Shown here one piece after another: positions 1 through 8,492 of a stretch of DNA of 64,000 nt. The notes under the pieces are model-generated. The model was not told the origin of the DNA. It saw only the letters and a list, made by a program, of their open reading frames with translations, and did no database searches. Source of the DNA: an uncultured Allomuricauda sp. (GTDB taxonomy: Bacteria; Bacteroidota; Bacteroidia; Flavobacteriales; Flavobacteriaceae); contig OZ220751.1 of assembly GCA_965117065.1 (NCBI GenBank), positions 1,789,807 to 1,853,806 of the forward strand, in the 5' to 3' direction. The position numbers were made by a program, and so were the translations under genes. The first letter of the stretch is position 1. Each line of letters opens with the position of its first letter.

Positions 1-529
1 AAACTCCCTATGGAGGAAGCTATTCTGCCGTATGCTTCTTCTGAAAAAGCATCGGTCAACAAATTTAAACTAGCTCCAAAAGCAGCAGCTCCATTAGTTG
101 AAGTTCCTACACCGCGTTGTAACTGGAGACTTTCCGTAGAAGATGCAAAATCGGGCATATTTACCCAAAACGTACCTTGCGACTCTGCATCGTTATAGGG
201 AATCCCATTAATGGTCACATTGACCCGGGTAGCATCACTTCCCCTAACCCGAATTCCAGTGTAACCTACTCCTGCTCCAGCATCGGAAGTAGTAACCACC
301 GCTGGTAAATAATTCAATAAAATAGGAATGTCTTGACCTAAATTACGAGGAGCAATAGTTTCCTTGTCCAAATTTGAAAAAGTAATCGGAAACTCTTTGG
401 TAACCCTGATTGCTTGTACCAATACCTCATCCAGTACAATTTTCTTGCCTTCGAGGGAATCCGTAGGATTTTGTTGTGCACTTATTGAAAGTGCAAGCCC
501 AAAAAGGGCTACAGTTGTGAATAAAGATG
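1..529 (-). CDS. TonB-dependent outer-membrane receptor, N-terminal part (gene runs off the left edge of the window); candidate thiamin-related outer-membrane transporter
   Basis: Missing from ORF track because its stop lies beyond position 1. Minus-strand translation from ATG at 529 gives MKTSLFTTVALFGLALSISAQQNPTDSLEGKKIVLDEVLVQAIRVTKEFPITFSNLDKETIAPRNLGQDIPILLNYLPAVVTTSDAGAGVGYTGIRVRGSDATRVNVTINGIPYNDAESQG..., i.e. signal peptide plus TonB-receptor plug domain. A TPP riboswitch lies directly upstream. Confidence 0.7.
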
Positions 530-629
530 TTTTCATTCGTAAAAAATGTTACGAATAAAAGGGGTTATTATTCTGGTTAAAAATTGATTTGTGTTTCTAA
601 GGAAACATAGAAATTCCAAGATGCGCTTA

Positions 630-710
630 GCGCAATCCCTTGGCAGCATTACCCGCCCAGGTTCATTGGGTATAATCTCAGCCTTTAAAAAGCACCCCTT
701 TGAGATGGGA
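630..710 (-). promoter_or_regulatory. TPP (thiamin pyrophosphate) riboswitch aptamer (THI-box) in the 5' leader of the TonB-dependent receptor gene
   Basis: Minus-strand RNA reads CAUCUCAAAGGGGUGCUUUUUAAAGGCUGAGAUUAUACCCAAUGAACCUGGGCGGGUAAUGCUGCCAAGGGAUUGCGC. It aligns block by block with the E. coli thiM aptamer (GGGGUGC, GGCUGAGA, UACCC, ACCUG, GGUAAUGC..GC.AAGGGA). Boundaries are approximate. Confidence 0.8.
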
Positions 711-810
711 CAAATGTAATGCGACAAAGTTATTTATCACAACAAAAAGTTGATGAAATAACATTTACCAATAGAAATAATTCAAATTCAACAAAAACTC
801 CGCGCTAAAT

Positions 811-840
811 GGAAAAAGGCTGCCGAAGCAGCCTTTTAAA
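811..840. terminator. Bidirectional rho-independent terminator-like hairpin
   Basis: GGCTGC-cgaa-GCAGCC perfect 6-bp stem with GAAA-type loop at 818-833. T-runs follow on both strands (TTTT on plus, TTTTT on minus). Confidence 0.4.
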
Positions 841-929
841 TTGCCAATAATCAATCAAATTATGGAGAAATAGGATTGCAGCTACAATTGGCAATCATGG
901 ATAATGCATGGTTAGTGTTTGCATAGCAT

Positions 930-1046
930 CATCCTTTTTTCTTTTGTTTATTATCTCGATATTCTTGTCTTAAAAAGGGCACCACCAGTACGATTGCAAC
1001 AATAAATGATAGAATACTCACAGCCAGAATTATGGTAAATAGCATT
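930..1046 (-). CDS. Possible small hydrophobic membrane peptide (38 aa), hypothetical
   Basis: ATG at 1046 to TGA at 930. Translation MLFTIILAVSILSFIVAIVLVVPFLRQEYRDNKQKKKG is one TM helix plus a basic tail. It is bracketed by terminator hairpins on both sides. Below the ORF-track size cut-off. Confidence 0.25.
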
Positions 1047-1091
1047 TTAAGTGTTTCTTTTTTTAGGACACTTATTTTTAAAATAAGTCAC

Positions 1092-1118
1092 AAAAAAAGG
1101 TCGTACTAAGTACGACCT
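1092..1118 (-). terminator. Rho-independent terminator of the DUF4301 operon
   Basis: Minus strand: AAGGTCGTACT-t-AGTACGACCTT palindrome followed by TTTTTTT, about 200 nt downstream of the DUF4301 stop. Confidence 0.55.
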
Positions 1119-1322
1119 TCTAACCAAATCAACCAACCAAAAAACTAAGCGTCCAAGCTTAGAGGTGTTTTATTATTTCCTACCGATAGTCTATTTTTTC
1201 TTGCAAGCATTTTTGTGTTGCCACTTATTTATGGGACACTGAATTTTTGACTTAGTCACATGGACCAAAAAAAAGCTCCCAAATCTATGGGAGCCTCAAC
1301 TGTTATAAAGATTACTTTGTTA

Positions 1323-2861
1323 TTATGCCTGATGGCTAGGCTTAAACAAGTCGTTCACCGTTTTTACCGGATTAAAGGTAACCAACGGCACTTCAACAAA
1401 AAGAGTGTTCCAAAAAGCCATGGCACCATTCCACAGTCCTGGGAGCTCTAATGCCTTAAGTTCTTTTCCTTCCTTGGTCTTTCCCGTGATAAAGCCTTGT
1501 TTCTCATCTACAAAATCCAAAAGATTGTACTTTTCACCTTCGTGGTTTTTAACCCCACAAATTAAATCTACTGGATTAAAATGGGTTGAATTTTTAAGGA
1601 TTCCAGCCTGTTCTTTATTGGTTAAATCGATTTGGGCCGATTCAATAATTTGAAGCGAAATATTGCCTTGATCATCACTTATCCAAAAAGGCCCTCCTCC
1701 GGGTTCCCCTTCGTTTTTTACCATCCCACAAACACGAATCGGCCTATTAATTTTATTCCTTAATACGGCAAGCTGCCCATGATCATCCAAACTAGCATAG
1801 TTCTCTGAAAACCGAACATTGAGTTCTTTTTCCAAAAAGGACTTGATCTTGCTTTTAAGTGTTTCAGAAACATCACCCTCTCCGAGAACAGTTGCATATT
1901 CAAATGCTTGGTCTTGTACCTTTTTTAAAACTCCTGCCAACATTTTTTTACTGTTGGCCACTGCTTCCAAATTTTGGTCAATGACCACATTGTCAATATT
2001 CTTGATAAAAATGATATCGGCATCTTGGTCATTGAGGTTCTCAATCAATGCACCATGTCCACCAGGTCTAAACAAAATAGAGCCATCTCCATTTTTAAAA
2101 GGCTTGTTTTCCATATCCACGGCTATGGTATCTGTGGATGATTTTTGGTTGGAGTAAGAAATGCTGAATTCTGTGTTCGTAGCTTGGGAAACCTTTGGCC
2201 CTGTCGAAGCATGCTCCGCTCTGAACATGGCATTATGCTGTTCGGAAATAGTAAAGTGAAGATTGGCCTTACCTGCTGTTTTGGCATAAAGGGCAGCTTC
2301 CTTTAAATGTTCCTCAAAAGGTGTGGCAGTCGAGTTTTCATATTTATGAAATGGTAGTAAACCTTTAGGAAAGAAACCATAGTTTAAGCCTTCAGCCACT
2401 AACATTTCCTTTACGAAAAGATAGACTTTCTCGTCCTTGTTCTCTGTTTTTCCAGCTATCCTTTCCATGATTATCCTATAGAATGGAAAGTTCTCCATTT
2501 CTTCAACGAATTTTTCTATCTCGGAATCAGCGGTCCTGTCTAAATAAGTGGCAAGTGTTTCTTTGGTGGGATTGTAGGTTTCCAAGAAGTTGAAAGCAGC
2601 TTTGAACATCCTTGATGCTGCCCCCGAGGCTGGGACAAACTTTAATAACTGAAGCGTTCCGCGGGTATCCTCAAAATACTGAATCAGATCGTTTTGCTCC
2701 TTCTCAGAAAACCGTAGAATTCCATCACCCACCACAGCCGCCTTGTTTAGGCCAACAAATGGGATTCCCGCTTTGAAGGTGGCGATTTGATTTATTACTT
2801 TTTCTTGGGAAATACCTTTTTTCCCAAGTTGTTCGAGGTCTTTTTGACTTAGGTCAATCAT
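1323..2861 (-). CDS. DUF4301-family protein (~512 aa), with motifs resembling UDP-sugar pyrophosphorylase-type nucleotidyltransferases
   Basis: ORF 1323..2891. The internal ATG at 2861 gives an ATGATTGA start/stop overlap with the upstream kinase gene (translational coupling). Motifs PASGAASRMF, RPGGHGAL and IKNIDNV resemble the G-rich loop, PDGHGD and SNIDNL motifs of UGPase/UAP-type enzymes. The gene is last in the pnuC operon. Confidence 0.55.
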   Translation of the reverse strand: MIDLSQKDLEQLGKKGISQEKVINQIATFKAGIPFVGLNKAAVVGDGILRFSEKEQNDLIQYFEDTRGTLQLLKFVPASGAASRMFKAAFNFLETYNPTKETLATYLDRTADSEIEKFVEEMENFPFYRIIMERIAGKTENKDEKVYLFVKEMLVAEGLNYGFFPKGLLPFHKYENSTATPFEEHLKEAALYAKTAGKANLHFTISEQHNAMFRAEHASTGPKVSQATNTEFSISYSNQKSSTDTIAVDMENKPFKNGDGSILFRPGGHGALIENLNDQDADIIFIKNIDNVVIDQNLEAVANSKKMLAGVLKKVQDQAFEYATVLGEGDVSETLKSKIKSFLEKELNVRFSENYASLDDHGQLAVLRNKINRPIRVCGMVKNEGEPGGGPFWISDDQGNISLQIIESAQIDLTNKEQAGILKNSTHFNPVDLICGVKNHEGEKYNLLDFVDEKQGFITGKTKEGKELKALELPGLWNGAMAFWNTLFVEVPLVTFNPVKTVNDLFKPSHQA

Positions 2862-3423
2862 GTTTATGGAGAAGTTTATCGATGTGTTCAACTGCGGTTT
2901 TGAGCCTTGCTTTTTTATCTCCTTTCAAGATAACGAAATTCCGATTATAATTTTTCAAGGTATTATGGAAATATGCAAACATCCGTTCTCTTTCATTGGG
3001 TTTATCCCTTAAATCATCGGCTTCCCAAGGCGTGTCTATATAAGTCAGAAAATATAGGTCATAGGTGTTCTCCAAGGCATATTTTTCCAGTAATGGGTCA
3101 CAATAGCCCAAGTAATAGGCTTCGGAATAAACTTTGGTTTCCAATAAATCCGTGTCACAAATAAGCACATCGGTTGCTTTCTGGGTCAGATTGTTCTCCA
3201 ATCCAATCTGTCCCTCTGCAATGGGCAACAAATCCTTGGGTTCACAGGTTTTGCGCTCGTTGTTCCATTTGTTCTGTAAATATTCACGCGCATACTCCGG
3301 TACCCATACCGTATTGTATTGTCTCGCTAGTTGCTGTGAAAGCGTGGTCTTTCCAGTAGATTCTGGTCCAAAAAGAACTACTTTAATAAGGTCTGAGGGC
3401 TCTTGCCCAAGTTTTTCTTCCAT
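2854..3423 (-). CDS. NadR-type ribosylnicotinamide kinase-like P-loop ATPase (stand-alone kinase domain, no NMNAT domain)
   Basis: 189 aa with Walker A GPESTGKTT near the N-terminus. It sits immediately downstream of pnuC. The annotated start overlaps pnuC by 46 nt, so the true start is probably a downstream non-ATG codon. Confidence 0.6.
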   Translation of the reverse strand: MEEKLGQEPSDLIKVVLFGPESTGKTTLSQQLARQYNTVWVPEYAREYLQNKWNNERKTCEPKDLLPIAEGQIGLENNLTQKATDVLICDTDLLETKVYSEAYYLGYCDPLLEKYALENTYDLYFLTYIDTPWEADDLRDKPNERERMFAYFHNTLKNYNRNFVILKGDKKARLKTAVEHIDKLLHKHD

Positions 3424-4016
3424 GCCTTATAGCCATAAATGGCAATTATGGTTAGTAAAAAATAGAGCAAAGAGCTAAAAATAAGTCCTTTGTACCAATA
3501 CAAAGGTACTGTGATAATATCACCCACAATCCAATAGACCCAGTTTTCCAACTTCTTTTTTGCCATTAACCACATCCCAACAAAAAAGATAGCCGTTGTT
3601 ATCGTATCAACGTAAGCTGTCCAAACATTGAATCGGTCTGCAAGAAAATATACAACAGAAACGAAAATGATAGTGCCCACAAATAATAGTATGGACCATT
3701 TTTTCTCATTTTTAGTGGTTCTTGTAATTGGCACAAAGTGGGTTTCGTCTACTTTGCGAGTCCACAGATACCACCCAACAATACTCATAACAAAGTAGTA
3801 AGTATTGATAAGCATATCTCCCAGTAGCCCCCAGAAAAGCAAAATGTAGGCAGCTATCCCTGTCCCGATTATTCCGGTTGGATATACCAATATATTCTCC
3901 CGCATGGAATACCAAACACTTAGCAAGGCGAAGACAACGCTAATGAGTTCCAGCACCACGATATGTGTTGGAATACCCTCGTATTGCGAAAAAATCCAAT
4001 CAAAAATGTGGCTCAT
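3378..4016 (-). CDS. pnuC: PnuC-family nicotinamide riboside (Pnu-type vitamin) transporter
   Basis: 212 aa multi-TM protein with the PnuC-like pattern ...LSVWYSMRENILVYPTGIIGTGIAAYILLFWGLLGDMLINTYYFVMSIVGWYLW... Adjacent to the NadR-like kinase. Confidence 0.75.
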   Translation of the reverse strand: MSHIFDWIFSQYEGIPTHIVVLELISVVFALLSVWYSMRENILVYPTGIIGTGIAAYILLFWGLLGDMLINTYYFVMSIVGWYLWTRKVDETHFVPITRTTKNEKKWSILLFVGTIIFVSVVYFLADRFNVWTAYVDTITTAIFFVGMWLMAKKKLENWVYWIVGDIITVPLYWYKGLIFSSLLYFLLTIIAIYGYKAWKKNLGKSPQTLLK

Positions 4017-4260
4017 ACCCGCTTCGATCAGATTTCACAATCTTCATCCCCAATACAACATGTTCCAAGGATCCAAAAGCCTCCTTTATTTCTGTCTGAA
4101 GTAACTCCATCACCTCGTCATAATCCCCGTACACTTGGGTACTTAATGGGTTTTCCAAAACCTTAAGACCTGAGGCTCTTAGCTTTTTAATAAACTCGAT
4201 GATTGGAGGCTCAAAATTATCCTGAAGAGGAGTCAAGGTCAATTCAACGGATATTCTCAT
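4000..4260 (-). CDS. MTH1187/YkoF-family small ligand-binding protein (UPF0045, thiamin-binding protein family)
   Basis: 86 aa: MRISVELTLTPLQ...SGLKVLENPLSTQVYGDYDEVMELL... matches the MTH1187/YkoF family pattern. It is the first gene of the operon and overlaps the pnuC start by 17 nt. Confidence 0.5.
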   Translation of the reverse strand: MRISVELTLTPLQDNFEPPIIEFIKKLRASGLKVLENPLSTQVYGDYDEVMELLQTEIKEAFGSLEHVVLGMKIVKSDRSGYEPHF

Positions 4261-4306
4261 GGGTTAAGATTCATTTTTAAGCAGCAAAGCTAGTAAAAAG
4301 ACCTTA

Positions 4307-4948
4307 TCAGTTCCCCATCATTTTAAAGGCAAAAACGCAGGTAAATCCTTCAAATTCTATAAATTCTATCTCGTAATGGGATTTTTTTCCTTTATATATA
4401 ATCTTGGCCACGGTTCGTTTGTCGTCAAAGGCAAAGTCCATAACGTCAATATGTCTTAAAAAGCTAAGACCTTGCTCTGCGTATATTTTATATAGGGATT
4501 CCTTGGCGCCCCAAACTATGGTTAGCTTTCTTATTATGGCATCAGTATTGGCCAATGTGCGATATTCTTCCAAGGGAGTAAATTTATTGGCAATGCGCAA
4601 AATCTTTTCCCGCTGCATTTCAATATCAATCCCAACCTCATCGGTCTTACTCACAATAATGCCTGTAAAATTGTGTGAATGCGTAATGGATATATGGTTC
4701 CCATCTTGCAGGTGCGGCTTCCCAAAACTATCATAATAAAGGTCCTGGTCCACATAGCCAGCTTCAGCCATAAGATGCCTTATACTTAAAAAAGCGCGTC
4801 GATGAAATTCTGATTTCATCCCATCCATCCTATTTTGACAATGCGGCGTAAGTTCAATGCCCTTGGAAAGTTCATCTTCAGGTTCAGTGACCTTCCAGAC
4901 ATATAGGCTGGTTGTAGGGGAGACCGTAATGGTTTTGTATAAGGGCAC
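4307..4948 (-). CDS. 4'-phosphopantetheinyl transferase (Sfp-type)
   Basis: 213 aa with GIDIE and WGAKESLYK motifs characteristic of the PPTase superfamily. Confidence 0.7.
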   Translation of the reverse strand: MPLYKTITVSPTTSLYVWKVTEPEDELSKGIELTPHCQNRMDGMKSEFHRRAFLSIRHLMAEAGYVDQDLYYDSFGKPHLQDGNHISITHSHNFTGIIVSKTDEVGIDIEMQREKILRIANKFTPLEEYRTLANTDAIIRKLTIVWGAKESLYKIYAEQGLSFLRHIDVMDFAFDDKRTVAKIIYKGKKSHYEIEFIEFEGFTCVFAFKMMGN

Positions 4949-4970
4949 GTCTAAATGTTAAGTGATTTCG

Positions 4971-4978
4971 TATCTTTG
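4971..4978 (+). promoter_or_regulatory. Bacteroidetes-type -7 promoter element (TAnnTTTG) upstream of ahcY
   Basis: TATCTTTG lies 44 nt upstream of the ahcY ATG. A TTTG is also present upstream, but at non-ideal spacing. Confidence 0.3.
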
Positions 4979-5022
4979 CTGACTGGTATAGCTAAGCTAC
5001 ATAAAGTTAATTAAAATAAGAT

Positions 5023-6339
5023 ATGAGCACAAAGACAATTCCTTATGTACCGTATAAGGTAAAAGATATTTCCCTTGCGGATTGGGGCCGAAAAGAGATT
5101 GAATTGGCTGAGGCTGAGATGCCCGGTTTAATGGCGTTGCGGGAAGAGTATAAGGATGAGCAACCTTTAAAGGGTTCGCGAATTGCCGGATGCTTGCATA
5201 TGACCATCCAAACTGCAGTTTTAATCGAAACTTTAATTGAATTAGGTGCTGATGTTACCTGGAGTTCCTGCAATATTTTCTCAACCCAAGACCACGCCGC
5301 CGCCGCAATAGCTGCAGCTGGAATCCCTGTATATGCTTGGAAGGGAATGACTGAGGAAGAGTTTGATTGGTGTATTGAGCAAACTTTGTTCTTTGGAGAA
5401 GACAGACAGCCTTTGAATATGATTTTGGACGACGGTGGGGATTTAACCAATATGGTATTGGATCAGTTTCCTGAATTGGCCGCTGGAGTGAAAGGATTAT
5501 CTGAAGAGACCACAACTGGGGTGCATCGTTTATATGATCGAGTGAAAAATGGGACCCTTCCTATGCCAGCCATCAACGTGAACGATTCTGTAACGAAGTC
5601 CAAATTTGATAATAAATACGGCTGCCGTGAGAGTGCTGTGGATGCGATAAGACGGGCCACAGATACTATGTTGGCCGGGAAACGTGTAGTTGTTGCCGGT
5701 TATGGCGATGTTGGAAAAGGTACCGCAGCTTCCTTTAGAGGAGCGGGAGCTATCGTTACAGTTACCGAAATAGACCCAATCTGTGCACTTCAGGCTTGTA
5801 TGGATGGTTATGAAGTAAAGAAATTGGAAACTGTTGTGGGTAATGCCGATGTAGTAATTACTACTACCGGAAACAAAGACATTATTCGCGAGGAGCACTT
5901 CAGGGCGTTAAAGGATAAAGCCATTGTTTGTAACATTGGTCACTTTGACAACGAGATTGATATGGCCTGGTTAAACGGAACCTATGGCAGTACCAAAGAC
6001 GAGATTAAACCTCAAGTTGACAAATATACCATTGATGGCAAGGATGTTATTATTTTGGCCGAGGGTAGATTGGTGAATTTGGGCTGTGCCACCGGTCACC
6101 CAAGTTTTGTGATGAGTAATTCCTTTACTAACCAAACATTGGCACAAATTGAGCTTTGGAACAATAGTGACAAGTATGAAAACGAGGTATATATGCTGCC
6201 CAAACATTTGGATGAAAAGGTGGCCAAATTGCACTTATCGCGATTAGGGGCTGAGTTAACCGAACTCAGGAAAGATCAAGCGGAGTATATTGGCGTTACC
6301 GTTCAAGGCCCTTTTAAGCCAGAGTACTACAGATACTAG
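5023..6339 (+). CDS. ahcY: Adenosylhomocysteinase
   Basis: 438 aa with full-length AhcY-like sequence including the NAD-binding [10 protein letters not shown] segment. Confidence 0.95.
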   Translation: MSTKTIPYVPYKVKDISLADWGRKEIELAEAEMPGLMALREEYKDEQPLKGSRIAGCLHMTIQTAVLIETLIELGADVTWSSCNIFSTQDHAAAAIAAAGIPVYAWKGMTEEEFDWCIEQTLFFGEDRQPLNMILDDGGDLTNMVLDQFPELAAGVKGLSEETTTGVHRLYDRVKNGTLPMPAINVNDSVTKSKFDNKYGCRESAVDAIRRATDTMLAGKRVVVAGYGDVGKGTAASFRGAGAIVTVTEIDPICALQACMDGYEVKKLETVVGNADVVITTTGNKDIIREEHFRALKDKAIVCNIGHFDNEIDMAWLNGTYGSTKDEIKPQVDKYTIDGKDVIILAEGRLVNLGCATGHPSFVMSNSFTNQTLAQIELWNNSDKYENEVYMLPKHLDEKVAKLHLSRLGAELTELRKDQAEYIGVTVQGPFKPEYYRY

Positions 6340-6380
6340 AAATAGAAACTAGATGCTTCGCTCTTAGAAGTAAGAAAATA

Positions 6381-6410
6381 GACCCTTGCAGTTATGTGAG
6401 GGTTTTTGTT
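6381..6410. terminator. Weak terminator-like hairpin between convergent ahcY and the response regulator gene
   Basis: ACCCT...(12-nt loop)...AGGGT followed by TTTTTGTTT. Confidence 0.3.
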
Positions 6411-7165
6411 TACATATCCAGCCACTTTTTAAAATTGGTGGTGCGTTCCCTAGATACAATAATCTGTTCCTCTTCCTTTGGAAGTATCTTGAGCAACAAA
6501 CGACTGTTAAAGTAACTATGGATTTCCACAACTGCTTTTACAGAGACCATAAATTTGCGATTGATTCGAAAAAAATGGATGGGATTCAAAATGTTCTCTA
6601 ATTGATCAATAGTGTACTCAATGGGATAGGATTGCCCAGCATGGGTAAACAAGCAAATCATTCCTTCGTGTGACTTAAAAAAGGCAATGTCTTCTACATT
6701 AAAGGATCTAAACTGATTGCCAACCTTCACCATAAACCGATGCTTATACTCCTTATGGAATAGCTGTTTTAAGTGCTCCAAATCTTCTGTAGCGCCGCGC
6801 CCATTGCGAGTCACATTTTTTTTGAATTTTTCCAGCGCAGTCTTCAAATCTGTTTTGACGATAGGTTTGAGTAAATAATCCACTCCATTGTATTTAAATC
6901 CACGAATGGCAAACTCATTATAAGCTGTAGTAAATATTACAGGAGGATGTTCTTCCATTCCATCCAGAATATCAAATCCATAACCATCGTTGAGTTGGAT
7001 ATCCAAAAAAACGAGGTCTGGAAGGGCATTCGTCTTAAACCATTGTGTTCCGTTCTCTACCGAATTGATACTTGCCACAATATCAATTTCCGGCGCAAGC
7101 TCCCCCACCAACTGAGTTAACCTCTTGGAAGCAAATTCCTCATCCTCAACAATTACTGCTTTCAT
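6410..7165 (-). CDS. LytTR-family two-component response regulator
   Basis: 251 aa with an N-terminal receiver domain (VIVEDEE...DLVFLDIQL) and a C-terminal LytTR DNA-binding domain. Confidence 0.85.
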   Translation of the reverse strand: MKAVIVEDEEFASKRLTQLVGELAPEIDIVASINSVENGTQWFKTNALPDLVFLDIQLNDGYGFDILDGMEEHPPVIFTTAYNEFAIRGFKYNGVDYLLKPIVKTDLKTALEKFKKNVTRNGRGATEDLEHLKQLFHKEYKHRFMVKVGNQFRSFNVEDIAFFKSHEGMICLFTHAGQSYPIEYTIDQLENILNPIHFFRINRKFMVSVKAVVEIHSYFNSRLLLKILPKEEEQIIVSRERTTNFKKWLDM

Positions 7166-7167
7166 AT

Positions 7168-8316
7168 TTAAGATATGGCTATCAAATTCATGTCTGTTAT
7201 TTCCTTATCCAGAAGGGGAATAATCACTTCAAAAAAATTATCCTCTTCTCGTACCAAAACCTGCTTGTTGGTATAATAGGAATATCGCTTTTTTATATTT
7301 TTTAACCCTAATCGGGTAGTTTCCTCATTCAACTGCCTTTTTCGAAGATTGTTTTTTACCACTAAGGCCTCATCGCCAATTGTTGAAATCTGAACTTCCA
7401 AAGGCTTTTCTTTACTATAATAGTTGTGCTTGAGTGCATTTTCCACCAGCATTTGAACGGATAGGGTTGGAATTAGAAAATATTCTGTTGACACTTGGAT
7501 GTCCGATTTAATCACCACAGCATCCTTATGCCGTACATTCATCATAAACACAAAAGAATCCAAAAACCCCAGTTCTTTTTTTAGCGTTACCAAGTCTTGC
7601 TCGCGATGGTCTAAAATGTAACGGTAACTTGATGCCAATCTGGTCACAAAATCTGAGGCCAAATCGCGATCCTCGTACATCAAAGACGTTAGGGTGTTTA
7701 GACTGTTAAACAAAAAATGAGGGCTTATCTGATTCTTTAATGAAGCATATTTAGAGGCCAGCATTTCCCGTTTCAAATCCTCCATTTGCTTGGTCAATTC
7801 ATCCCTTTGGTTCATGGAAAAGTGGAACATATTAAAAAAAATGACGGTCAACCCAAGCAAAATGGCTCTGAAAAAATCGATTGTAAATTCTATAAGAGGT
7901 GGGTCATCACAAATAATACCCCAACTTTCCCTAAAAACAAACAGTCCCAAATAATACACCAAAGCAGTTGTTGGGGCCAAAATGGCAATATTCTTTCCTA
8001 TAATCACAATGCTACTCTTAAAATAGAGACCTCCTTTTGGCCGTTGTTTTTTCAACAACCAATCATTGGTTTCCCAAGTAAGCATAAACAAAAAAAATGC
8101 GCTGACATAGTAGAATACGCTTGTCGCATTAAAAATGCCTTCAACCATATCATCATCCTGTTCCATTGTAATCTTGACCAGAAAAAAGACCACATTGATG
8201 ACCAGTAATCTGAACAATACTTTATAAATCCCTTTCTTCTTCAACATAAAATCTGCTTGGCGTAAAGATACACATCGACAAGTTTCTCTTTTGTCATAGT
8301 CTACTTCAACTGTCAA
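7168..8316 (-). CDS. Sensor histidine kinase (LytS/YehU-type, multi-TM N-terminus)
   Basis: 382 aa with an N-terminal hydrophobic region and the His_kinase motif SPHFLFNSLNTL. Its stop is 3 nt from the response regulator start. Confidence 0.8.
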   Translation of the reverse strand: MTVEVDYDKRETCRCVSLRQADFMLKKKGIYKVLFRLLVINVVFFLVKITMEQDDDMVEGIFNATSVFYYVSAFFLFMLTWETNDWLLKKQRPKGGLYFKSSIVIIGKNIAILAPTTALVYYLGLFVFRESWGIICDDPPLIEFTIDFFRAILLGLTVIFFNMFHFSMNQRDELTKQMEDLKREMLASKYASLKNQISPHFLFNSLNTLTSLMYEDRDLASDFVTRLASSYRYILDHREQDLVTLKKELGFLDSFVFMMNVRHKDAVVIKSDIQVSTEYFLIPTLSVQMLVENALKHNYYSKEKPLEVQISTIGDEALVVKNNLRKRQLNEETTRLGLKNIKKRYSYYTNKQVLVREEDNFFEVIIPLLDKEITDMNLIAIS

Positions 8317-8492
8317 TATATGATTTGAGTTGTCACTTATGGACTTTGTTCGGATTTAAGCTGCAAATGTGTAAAAGTAGTGCCCTAAATGATGGTGCAT
8401 CAGTTCAATAGACAAAAAAGCAATTCAGCTATTTCATAGCCTAACAAATTCATTATTTCCAAGATTTTCGGGGAAACAAAATATAAACCATT

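Noticed and set aside
10-198. 62-aa plus-strand ORF at the window start
   Set aside because: It is antisense to the plug domain of the truncated TonB-dependent receptor gene and so is a shadow ORF.
8317-8492. Possible cobalamin or other riboswitch upstream of the 793-aa TonB-dependent receptor (also checked 46691-46897 for the 920-aa receptor)
   Set aside because: No B12-box, THI-box or other recognizable aptamer consensus was seen, only AT-rich promoter-like sequence.
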